Assembly (NCBI GenBank): GCA_025356475.1
Contig: JANXSX010000158.1
Coordinates: 3,882 to 67,881, forward strand
Length of the DNA: 64,000 bases
Direction: 5' to 3'
Origin: Isosphaeraceae bacterium
GTDB taxonomy: Bacteria > Planctomycetota > Planctomycetia > Isosphaerales > Isosphaeraceae
This document shows positions 44,779-52,548 of this stretch, piece after piece. The notes below the pieces were generated by a model, which made no database searches, had not been told where the DNA came from, and saw nothing but the letters and a program-made list of their open reading frames with translations. Each line of letters starts with the position of its first letter. Positions within the stretch are counted from its first letter, which is position 1. The translations under genes and the position numbers were made by a program.

Positions 44779-46842
44779 ATGTCCATTGCCGTTGGGATCG
44801 ACCTTGGGACAACAAACTCTGTTGTGGCTTACCGCAACAGCTACGGTCGTCCTGAGGTCATCCCCAACCGAGACGGACATCCTATCACCCCGTCGGTTGT
44901 CTACTTTGGAACGAATCCTCCCGCGATCGGCCAGGAAGCGAAGGAGTACGCACGGCTGGGGACCGAGGAAGTCGCCAGCTTCTTTAAGCCACATATGGGC
45001 AGCAACCTCTACCAACTGAACTTCGGAAACCAGCTTTACGACGCAACAACTCTCTCCGCGTTGGTCCTGAAACGTTTAAAAGAAGATGCCCAGGCCAAGC
45101 TCGGCCAGGTCGTCGATCGCGCAGTGATCACGGTCCCCGCCTATTTCGGAGACCCCCAACGTAAGGCAACACTCGACGCCGGCCAGCTTGCAGGCCTCAA
45201 TGTCCTGAGAATCATCAACGAACCGACTGCCGCCGCACTTGCCTATGGTCTCCAGAAAACAGGTTTAAGTGAAACAGTTCTTATTTATGACCTAGGTGGT
45301 GGTACCTTCGACGTGACCGTTGCCCGGATCACCTCCGAGGAAATCATAGTCCTGTCCACGGTCGGCGATCATGACCTGGGCGGTAAGAACTTTGACGATC
45401 GAATCGCCACCTTCCTCGCTGAGAAGTTTCGCGCGGATACGGGTCTTGACCCACTCGACGACCCCGTGGCGCTCAACGAGGTTCTCGTCCGGAGCGAGCA
45501 AGCGAAGTGGCAACTCTCCGAGCGGAGTTCGACACGCATCAGCTTGCAACTTGGCTCTGAACGTCGTAGTTATGACCTCTCGCGTCCCGAATTCGAGGCC
45601 ATGACTTCAGCTCTGATGGATCGGACTCGAAGCCTCACCGAAGAGGCTCTCGCGGAAGCAAAACTCGACTGGACCAGGTTGAGCGGAGTCCTACTCGTAG
45701 GGGGCTCGACCCGCATGCCGATGGTTCGCCACTTCGTCCGCGAGATGTCTGGCCAGGATCCTCGGGCCGGGGTCAATGTCGACGAAGTGGTTGCACTGGG
45801 AGCCGCGATCCAGGCGGCGATGGATTCTGGACTCCCGACCAGCGATGCGACCCCTCAGTTTTCACTCGCAGGTGCGCGTCGGGTTGTCGACGTGATGTCC
45901 CATAGTCTCGGCGTCGTGGCTCGCAGCCCCGACAATTCCGCCTACATCAATGAGATCATCGTTCGCCGCAACCAACCGATCCCGGCAGACGACTCAAAGT
46001 CCTATCTGCACTCAACGTATGGTGGTGCCAACGACCGACTGGAAATCTATCTGACCCAAGGCGAAAGTGAACGCCCACTCGATTGCACCGTGCTTGGTAA
46101 ATACGTTTTTACCGGAATTTCGGCGACTGATGCAGAAGTGCAGGTTGATGTCAAAATGTCTTACGATATCAACGGTGTCGTGCAGGTCGGTGCCCTCCAG
46201 CGTGATACGGGACATCGACTCGCAATGACCGTAGAGAAGGTGCCCAACGATCTCTCCTGGTTGGGCCGTCCGCCGCAGAGTGCACAGATTGGCCAAGAAG
46301 CCGATCCCACCTCGATCTATTTATTGATCGACGTCTCTTCGAGCATGGCTGGCCCCCCACTTGAGGAAGCGCAAGCCGCAGCTCGTGCGTTCCTGGAAAA
46401 GTGCGATTTCACAAGAGCCGAGGTTGGGCTAATCTCGTTCTCGAATCAGGTCACACTCGAAGCTGAGGCCACGGACAACCCACGCCGAGTCCAAGCCGGC
46501 ATCGGTCGCCTGGAAGCTGACGGGACGACGAACCTGACCGACGCCTTAGAATTAGCACACGTGAAGCTCACCCTATCCGCGCGACGTAAGTATGTCGTGC
46601 TCTTGACCGACGGCTATCCCGACGCGCCCGAGAGTGCCGTCCAGCAGGCTGTCCAGTCGCGAGAGGCGGGTATCGAAATCATTGCGATAGGGACTGGGGA
46701 CGCCGACCGGGATTATCTGCGACGCCTTGCCAGCACAGACGAGGGCTCGATCTTTGCACCCAGTGGCGAACTTGTTCATACCTTCGGGCATATTGCTCGT
46801 GCGATCGCTCAAGGGGGCCGTGGGTTGCGGAAGATGCCATGA
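44779..46842 (+). CDS. Hsp70-family ATPase fused to a C-terminal von Willebrand factor A domain
   Basis: AAGGAG lies 8 nt upstream of the ATG at 44779. NBD motifs are GIDLGTTNSVVA, NEPTAAALAYG, IYDLGGGTFDVT, LLVGGSTRMPMV and NVDEVVALGAAIQA. The SBD-beta-like part is LEIYLTQGESE...VKMSYDINGVVQVGA. From about 46315 there is a vWA domain with a complete MIDAS: YLLIDVSSSMAG, DGTTNLTDAL and VVLLTDGYPD. Confidence 0.9.
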   Translation: MSIAVGIDLGTTNSVVAYRNSYGRPEVIPNRDGHPITPSVVYFGTNPPAIGQEAKEYARLGTEEVASFFKPHMGSNLYQLNFGNQLYDATTLSALVLKRLKEDAQAKLGQVVDRAVITVPAYFGDPQRKATLDAGQLAGLNVLRIINEPTAAALAYGLQKTGLSETVLIYDLGGGTFDVTVARITSEEIIVLSTVGDHDLGGKNFDDRIATFLAEKFRADTGLDPLDDPVALNEVLVRSEQAKWQLSERSSTRISLQLGSERRSYDLSRPEFEAMTSALMDRTRSLTEEALAEAKLDWTRLSGVLLVGGSTRMPMVRHFVREMSGQDPRAGVNVDEVVALGAAIQAAMDSGLPTSDATPQFSLAGARRVVDVMSHSLGVVARSPDNSAYINEIIVRRNQPIPADDSKSYLHSTYGGANDRLEIYLTQGESERPLDCTVLGKYVFTGISATDAEVQVDVKMSYDINGVVQVGALQRDTGHRLAMTVEKVPNDLSWLGRPPQSAQIGQEADPTSIYLLIDVSSSMAGPPLEEAQAAARAFLEKCDFTRAEVGLISFSNQVTLEAEATDNPRRVQAGIGRLEADGTTNLTDALELAHVKLTLSARRKYVVLLTDGYPDAPESAVQQAVQSREAGIEIIAIGTGDADRDYLRRLASTDEGSIFAPSGELVHTFGHIARAIAQGGRGLRKMP

Positions 46843-47687
46843 ATGCGAATCTCAAGCAAATGAAAGAGCTTGGGCTCGCTGGTGCCTTGGGTGCGGTCTT
46901 CGGCCTCTACCTCTTCGTTGAGTTAGTCCAGACCGACTCCATCTGGCTCCGTGACGTTCTGGCGGGAGTCGCGATTGGAGGCTCGATCGGGTTCTTCCTG
47001 AATGGTTCGACCCCTCTTCGGGACAGCGCCTACCTCGGCTTCTCGCGGGCCGCGAGTTTGGGCACGCTCGCTGGTGCGGTGGGTGGAGCGGTCGGCTTGC
47101 TCGTTGGCGAGCTAATCTTGGGAACATTTCAAGGCGGATTGGTTGGGCGAGCGGTCTCGTGGTCGGTCCTCGGCCTCGGTATCGGTACAAGTCAGGGAGT
47201 CGCCAGTAAATCAGGTGCAAAACTCACCTTTGGCGTGATCGGCGGTACGATCGGTGGGTTTGTGGGCGGGTTCCTCTTTGAAGCGATCCGGGACCTCTTC
47301 GGCAACCGTTACGACCTTGGACAGGGGCTCGGAGCTGTCGTCTTGGGCGCAGGACTTGGGATCTGTCTTGCGTTGGTGGAACAGGTTCTCCGTCGCGCAT
47401 GGATCGAGGTTAAGAGTGGCCGTCAGGAAGGACGGACTTATCTCATCGACCACAAATCTTGTACCCTTGGTCTCGACGAACATGTCGAAATCGGTCTTTT
47501 CGGCGACCTCTCCGTGGCCAGGAAGCATGCCATGATCGAGTCGACCGCGACCGGTTACTACCTAAAGAACGAATCCGTTTCTGGGGAAACCCGGGTCAAC
47601 GGCGGTCCCATCCAAGGTCCGAAATTGCTTGTGAATGGTGATATGATCGAACTTGGCAAGACACGACTCGTTTTTCGGAGTCGCTAA
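46839..47687 (+). CDS. Glycine-zipper polytopic membrane protein with C-terminal FHA domain
   Basis: The start overlaps the upstream stop (ATGA). The N-terminal roughly 190 aa carry repeated GxxxG-rich hydrophobic segments (GALGAVFG, GVAIGGSIGFF, GTLAGAVGGAVGLLVG, GVIGGTIGGFVGGFLF, GAVVLGAGLGICLA). The C-terminal FHA pattern is CTLGLDEHVEIGLFGDLSVARKHAMIE...YYLKNESVSGETRVNGGPI...LLVNGDMIELGKTRLVFR. Confidence 0.85.
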   Translation: MNANLKQMKELGLAGALGAVFGLYLFVELVQTDSIWLRDVLAGVAIGGSIGFFLNGSTPLRDSAYLGFSRAASLGTLAGAVGGAVGLLVGELILGTFQGGLVGRAVSWSVLGLGIGTSQGVASKSGAKLTFGVIGGTIGGFVGGFLFEAIRDLFGNRYDLGQGLGAVVLGAGLGICLALVEQVLRRAWIEVKSGRQEGRTYLIDHKSCTLGLDEHVEIGLFGDLSVARKHAMIESTATGYYLKNESVSGETRVNGGPIQGPKLLVNGDMIELGKTRLVFRSR

Positions 47688-47705
47688 CGCAAGCGAGGAA
47701 CCCGA

Positions 47706-49094
47706 GTGCCCCAGGTTGCGAAAGGCTGGAGTCTGATCATCGAACGTGGCCGCGAGCCCGGGCGTAGATACGCGTTGAAGGGATCTTCAGTAGTCCTGGG
47801 TGCTTCGCCCGAGCCAAGCGAAGGGCTTGCGCTGATGGACCAGGAGGGAAATTCACCCAAGCGAATGGCCCCGCGTCAGGCGCTTCTCGAAGCTCAGGGG
47901 GACACGTGGACCTTGCGTGACCTCGATAGCGCTGGCGGCACTTTCGTCAATCGTCAACGGGTTCTCTCAGGGCAGGCTCGGCTCCTTTCCGATGGTGACG
48001 TCATCCAGCTCGGCTCGGTCCACCTCAAGTTGAATTCTACAAGTGAACTTCCAAGCATCCCGAACGTTCCCAAAACCGAATGCCATTGGCCATTGCTTAT
48101 CGGTGGCGGGATGAGCTGTCGTAGCTTTGATGAGATTTTGCCGGTCTCAGCACAGCGGTGGACTCTGCTTCGAGACGAACTCGTGAAAGGCGAACTCGCC
48201 ACGAAGCTGGTCGCTTTCGGTCGCCCCGACCTTGCGCCCAGAGCCAATCACCCAGGTTCCGCCGACGAGCGGCTCGATGCCTGGCTTTCCTCACTACCGA
48301 CGACAAAACCGGCCCAAGCTGAGATCGAGGTTCATCCCCAGCGGCTAGTGATCGCGAGCGCGCCAGGTTCCGCTCATCGCCGGACCCTGCAAATCAGCAA
48401 CGTCGGTTTTGGTCTCCTCAGAATCAAGGCCCGGGTCGAGCCCGCCTCGGCGGCTTGGCTCAAGGTCATTCCTCCCTGGAATACGGAGACACATGTTGTC
48501 GATGCATTCACAGGAAGCATTGAAGTGATCGCCCCCGACTCGTTTACGAAGCCAGTCCAAGCCACTCTCGTGCTTGAGACTCGGGAACGGACTTGTCGAG
48601 TCGAAGTCGTTCTGGAACCGACAACGAAACGAACGGCACCAGGCCCATCAACGATTGCGGGTACGCAGGCATTAGGAATATTCGATCGATGGCAAGAGTT
48701 TCCCCTTGGCACACGATTGTTCACCACAGCCATAGTCGCAGCAATGTTGCGACTCCTCATAGGACTGGCCAATCTTCTGATAGGTGACTCGCCGACGGAT
48801 TTGCGTGGTCCGATCCTCGTGTTCGCGGGTCTGGGGGCAATCTTAGGTCTGGCCACATTGCGCTCAAGAGCAAGGGGCTTGGATCTCGCGTTTGTCGCGA
48901 CCGCCGGGGCGGGTGTTGGTCTGATCTTGGCCGTCATGATTGTCGCCGTGGCCCGCGCGGGCGAACCAATCCTGGGGTCTTTGAGCACCGTGTTGCCAGT
49001 CGTCGTCCTCGTCTGGGGGCTAGTCGCTCTACCTGTAAGCTTGATGACATCTCATGGTCCGAATCGATCCAAAGATAAGGGAAAGATTGCATGA
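47706..49094 (+). CDS. N-terminal FHA domain protein with beta-sandwich-like middle region and C-terminal transmembrane cluster
   Basis: It has a GTG start. The FHA pattern is RRYALKGSSVVLGAS...RQALLEAQGDTWTLRDLDSAGGTFVNRQRV...LLSDGDVIQLGSVHLKL. The middle segment IEVHPQRLVIASAPGSAHRRTLQISNVGFGLLRIKARV looks like a PapD/ASH-type Ig fold. Three to four hydrophobic helices lie at the C-terminus. Confidence 0.85.
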   Translation: MPQVAKGWSLIIERGREPGRRYALKGSSVVLGASPEPSEGLALMDQEGNSPKRMAPRQALLEAQGDTWTLRDLDSAGGTFVNRQRVLSGQARLLSDGDVIQLGSVHLKLNSTSELPSIPNVPKTECHWPLLIGGGMSCRSFDEILPVSAQRWTLLRDELVKGELATKLVAFGRPDLAPRANHPGSADERLDAWLSSLPTTKPAQAEIEVHPQRLVIASAPGSAHRRTLQISNVGFGLLRIKARVEPASAAWLKVIPPWNTETHVVDAFTGSIEVIAPDSFTKPVQATLVLETRERTCRVEVVLEPTTKRTAPGPSTIAGTQALGIFDRWQEFPLGTRLFTTAIVAAMLRLLIGLANLLIGDSPTDLRGPILVFAGLGAILGLATLRSRARGLDLAFVATAGAGVGLILAVMIVAVARAGEPILGSLSTVLPVVVLVWGLVALPVSLMTSHGPNRSKDKGKIA

Positions 49095-50086
49095 GCATGC
49101 GATTACTTATTCTGGTCTTTCTGGCGATTTCCGGAACTTTACTGGCACAGGACCGTTCGGTCGTGGTCACCCAAGTCGACGAGAAGGGTTTCCCCGAGGT
49201 CAACCTGGAACTTGAGGTTCGGAACATTGATGGGACGTTTCTGCTCGACGCCTCTCGCGAATCGTTCCGAGTGACGGAGTACGATCGCAACGTCGAGATC
49301 CTCAAGTTCAACGCACCCCAGTCGCTCCAGCGCAAGCCGACAACAATCGTTTTAGTCGTAGATCATAGCGGCAGTATGCGGGCTGAGGATCGGATCGGCG
49401 GGATGAAACGTGCGGTTGCATCGTTTCTAGAAGGTCTGCCCGAGGGGTCACGAGTGGCGGTGATCGGGTTTAGCTCTCAGGTGCGAGTGATCTGCCCTTT
49501 CACGGAGTCTTTCAATGATGTTCAAGCCGCCGTTGATGGACTCTCTCCGATGGGTGGGACTCGGTTTTACGATGCTGTGGCCGAAGCGCTTAGGCTCATC
49601 GGTGAGGAGCCAGGGCGTCGGTCGGTTCTTGCCCTGACCGACGGGATCGACACCGAGAGTCGCGAAGCGTCGATCGAAAGTGTCGTCAAACTCGCCCGAA
49701 AATTGGGTTTGCCCGTCCATACGCTGGGACTTGGAAACGAAGCCTTGATCGCCTCCGACGGCATGCGCGTCATGGCCGAGTCGACACGAGGCCAATATTA
49801 TCCCGCAGTCGATGCCGCGAAGCTCAAATCGATTTATGAAGAAATCGCCCTTCGTCTCCGGTCAAGCTACAGCCTAACCTATCGGACCGATCGACCGCTC
49901 CAGGACGGGACCCTCCGGCCCGTGAAGGTCTACTTTGAAGGGATCACCAAGGCCGCTGAAGCTGCTGTGTATGTGCGCGGAATGGTCGTGCCCGCCAGAG
50001 GATGGTCATGGCTGTTTGTGGTCTTGGTCTCAGGGCTGGCAATTGCCCACTGGCTTCCATGGGGTCGCGTCTCAACGCCAACATGA
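49091..50086 (+). CDS. Membrane-anchored von Willebrand factor A domain protein (signal peptide + C-terminal TM)
   Basis: The start overlaps the upstream stop (ATGA). The signal segment is LLILVFLAISGTLLAQD. The vWA MIDAS is IVLVVDHSGSMRAEDR, MGGTRFYDAV and VLALTDGIDTES. The C-terminal helix is WSWLFVVLVSGLAIAHWL. Confidence 0.88.
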   Translation: MSMRLLILVFLAISGTLLAQDRSVVVTQVDEKGFPEVNLELEVRNIDGTFLLDASRESFRVTEYDRNVEILKFNAPQSLQRKPTTIVLVVDHSGSMRAEDRIGGMKRAVASFLEGLPEGSRVAVIGFSSQVRVICPFTESFNDVQAAVDGLSPMGGTRFYDAVAEALRLIGEEPGRRSVLALTDGIDTESREASIESVVKLARKLGLPVHTLGLGNEALIASDGMRVMAESTRGQYYPAVDAAKLKSIYEEIALRLRSSYSLTYRTDRPLQDGTLRPVKVYFEGITKAAEAAVYVRGMVVPARGWSWLFVVLVSGLAIAHWLPWGRVSTPT

Positions 50087-50982
50087 CACCACCTGCGATC
50101 CGTTACCCTCTGCCTGCCCTTGCACTCTTGGTGCTACTCGGCCTGGTCACTTGGCGTGGCGCAGATGGCGTGCAGGCGATTCGCAGCGACCTGACATCAA
50201 GGTGGGCGAAGCTCACCGAGCGACCGGCTGTCCCATTCCCTGCCTCCACCGATCCGCTGGTCCTGGCAGGTGCGATCCATGAGCGTGTTCTGATCCTTGA
50301 GGATGAAGTTCCCTACTCATCGCAGCCTGACGGACCGACGATTGGGTTTATTCGACATCGAGAGTTCGCGGACTTTTATGATCGTTGGCCGATCAAGGGA
50401 GATGCGACTCACATTCGGGTCGGGAATCGTCGGCCACTCGGCTGGGTGGAAATTGGAAAGGCCATTTCTTGGACGACGCGACTCGTGTTGTTACCATCAG
50501 AGGATCATGCGTCGATCTTGACTGAGAGCGGGGCGAGCTTCGATCTGAAAGGGAGCCCGAAACCGATCCTCGGGCAGAATCCCAACCAACTCCACATCCA
50601 TAACTGGGGAGAGACTGGCGCGTGGCACGTCGGCGGGCAGGGGGTTGTGCTCAAGGCCGACACAGTCCCAGCGAACTGCTGGGGGGTCTGGTTGACCCGA
50701 TCCGAGTTGCTGGCCCTCATTGGTCGGGATCGGTCACAGTTGAACACATCTACGAGCAGGCCTAACCTTGTGATCAGGGCGTTGCTCGGTCTGCCGATTA
50801 ACGACCGACCGCTCTCCAGTGAAGAGACGGGGATGGCGCTGACATTGCTTGGACCGGCTGTCTCCCAAGAAGGTGTGACAACCAAGCTCGATGCACTCGC
50901 CAGATTGAACGAAGAGTGGAAGCCCGATGCCGTCTGGGGTGGTGTCGAATACCGTGGAGTGCGACTTATTGATATCCCATGA
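50083..50982 (+). CDS. N-terminally anchored protein of unknown function, last gene of the Hsp70/vWA/FHA operon
   Basis: The ATG at 50083 overlaps the upstream stop (ATGA). The N-terminal hydrophobic helix is PLPALALLVLLGLVTW, followed by about 270 aa in which I recognised no motif. Confidence 0.7.
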   Translation: MTPPAIRYPLPALALLVLLGLVTWRGADGVQAIRSDLTSRWAKLTERPAVPFPASTDPLVLAGAIHERVLILEDEVPYSSQPDGPTIGFIRHREFADFYDRWPIKGDATHIRVGNRRPLGWVEIGKAISWTTRLVLLPSEDHASILTESGASFDLKGSPKPILGQNPNQLHIHNWGETGAWHVGGQGVVLKADTVPANCWGVWLTRSELLALIGRDRSQLNTSTSRPNLVIRALLGLPINDRPLSSEETGMALTLLGPAVSQEGVTTKLDALARLNEEWKPDAVWGGVEYRGVRLIDIP

Positions 50983-51211
50983 GTGCAAAGATCTAAGTGG
51001 ATTGAGCCTCGCTTCGAACCCCGAAAACGGCCTGGCACGTAAATGCACCAATGGTGGTGAAGGCCATCCCGAAGATTGTCTGGAGCACTTTCTCGGCGTG
51101 GATTTGACGCATCTGGATCGATAGAGGGGTACCCGGGAGCTGGGGACGGGGTCTTCCCGCTGCCGCGAGCAGGTCAGGGTCTGCCCAGCGAAGGATCCAA
51201 TCGCTGGCGTC

Positions 51212-51520
51212 TTAAGATAAGAGAATGATAGGGTTGCCGATCATTCGATCGGTCTGATCGTGGAAACTGTAGTAGAAGAACGCCCAGCCGAAGAGCGCAA
51301 AACCCATCCAGAATGCTCGGGCTGGTCCACGGCGCAAGACTGCCCCAACGGTTGCAAAGCAGATTGAACCCAGATAGATCAGAAACATCACTGAGAACCA
51401 AAGCCGGTTCGCGTTGATCAGGGAAGTCAGACCGATCGCGATGAACATGACATACGCCAGCAAGCCGGCAATCGACATCGAACTACGCTCAGGTGTTCTC
51501 ATTCTAAGGTCTCTCAACAT
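51212..51520 (-). CDS. Small three-helix membrane protein
   Basis: This 102-aa ORF has three hydrophobic segments. Its start overlaps the end of gluQ by 7 nt on the same strand. Confidence 0.5.
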   Translation of the reverse strand: MLRDLRMRTPERSSMSIAGLLAYVMFIAIGLTSLINANRLWFSVMFLIYLGSICFATVGAVLRRGPARAFWMGFALFGWAFFYYSFHDQTDRMIGNPIILLS

Positions 51521-52467
51521 TTGAGGATCTCGCCTAAGATTTCCTGGGTCAACTTCCAGGGCTCGTCCGGCAACGTTAGTGAAGCCGACAGACCTAACAG
51601 ATCGATCGGAAGGCCTCCGATCACCGGAACTGGCCAGCCGCAGGAGCGAGCCAAGATCCCTATCAATCGCCGAGGATGCACACCTTGGTCTCGCAGACTC
51701 GCCAGCTTGATCGAATGTTCACGCTTAGCGAGCCGTCGACCGTCGGTTCCGACCACAAGTGGGATATGGGCGAAGCTAGGAGGATCGAGCTTGAGGGCAT
51801 CATAAAGCAAGAGTTGGCGGGGCGTGCTGGAAACCAGGTCGTCGCCACGGACGACTTGGGTGATTCCCATCGCCGCATCGTCAACGACAACGGCCAACTG
51901 ATAAGAGATTGCCCCATCGGATCGAGCAACCACGAAGTCGCCGCCGGTCCTGGTAGGGTTGATTGAGACGATTCCTTTGACCTCGTCGGTCCAAGTTACG
52001 AGCTTGGCGGGGACCCGGAACCGCCAGGCGAATGGCTGATCGATTTTGACAGCATCGTCGGCCTGCCGCCACGCACAAGTGCCAGGATAGGCAGGACCTT
52101 CGTCTTCTTCGTGTGGGGCAGAGACGGCTCGGGCAATATCCGACCGCGTACAGGTACACCGGTAGACGAGGTTACGCCGACGCAAGACGTCCAAAGCAAG
52201 CCGGTACGTTTCTATACGCAAGGATTGGACGTAAGGACCTTCATCCCAGGTCAGGCCGAGCCATTGCAGGTCATTGTAAATGCCTTCGATCGCGTCTGCT
52301 CGGACCCGACCGGCGTCCAAGTCCTCGACTCGGAGGACAATTTTCCCCGCCGCCGTTTTGGCCGCCACCCATGCGGCCAAGAACGTGCGAGCATGTCCCA
52401 GGTGCAGACCACCCGTTGGCGACGGGGCCATTCGACCAGTCGGTGGGCGGGGATTTTTGAATGTCAT
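51514..52467 (-). CDS. gluQ: Glutamyl-Q tRNA(Asp) synthetase (truncated GluRS paralog)
   Basis: It has the class I HIGH region GRMAPSPTGGLHLGHARTFLAAW. At about 317 aa, it is catalytic-domain only, with no anticodon-binding domain. A Zn-cluster-like CTCTR...YPGTC is present. Confidence 0.85.
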   Translation of the reverse strand: MTFKNPRPPTGRMAPSPTGGLHLGHARTFLAAWVAAKTAAGKIVLRVEDLDAGRVRADAIEGIYNDLQWLGLTWDEGPYVQSLRIETYRLALDVLRRRNLVYRCTCTRSDIARAVSAPHEEDEGPAYPGTCAWRQADDAVKIDQPFAWRFRVPAKLVTWTDEVKGIVSINPTRTGGDFVVARSDGAISYQLAVVVDDAAMGITQVVRGDDLVSSTPRQLLLYDALKLDPPSFAHIPLVVGTDGRRLAKREHSIKLASLRDQGVHPRRLIGILARSCGWPVPVIGGLPIDLLGLSASLTLPDEPWKLTQEILGEILKC

Positions 52468-52548
52468 CGCAGTTCGACTGGTGAATTACCGTGGGTTTGG
52501 GTTTAATAGCAACTTGCCTGAATTTACACTGACTGGATGGAGCTTGCG

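Noticed and set aside
48374-48988. 204-aa minus-strand ORF
   Set aside because: It is antisense to the FHA-TM gene of the tightly coupled operon and has an Arg/Ala/Thr-rich shadow composition.
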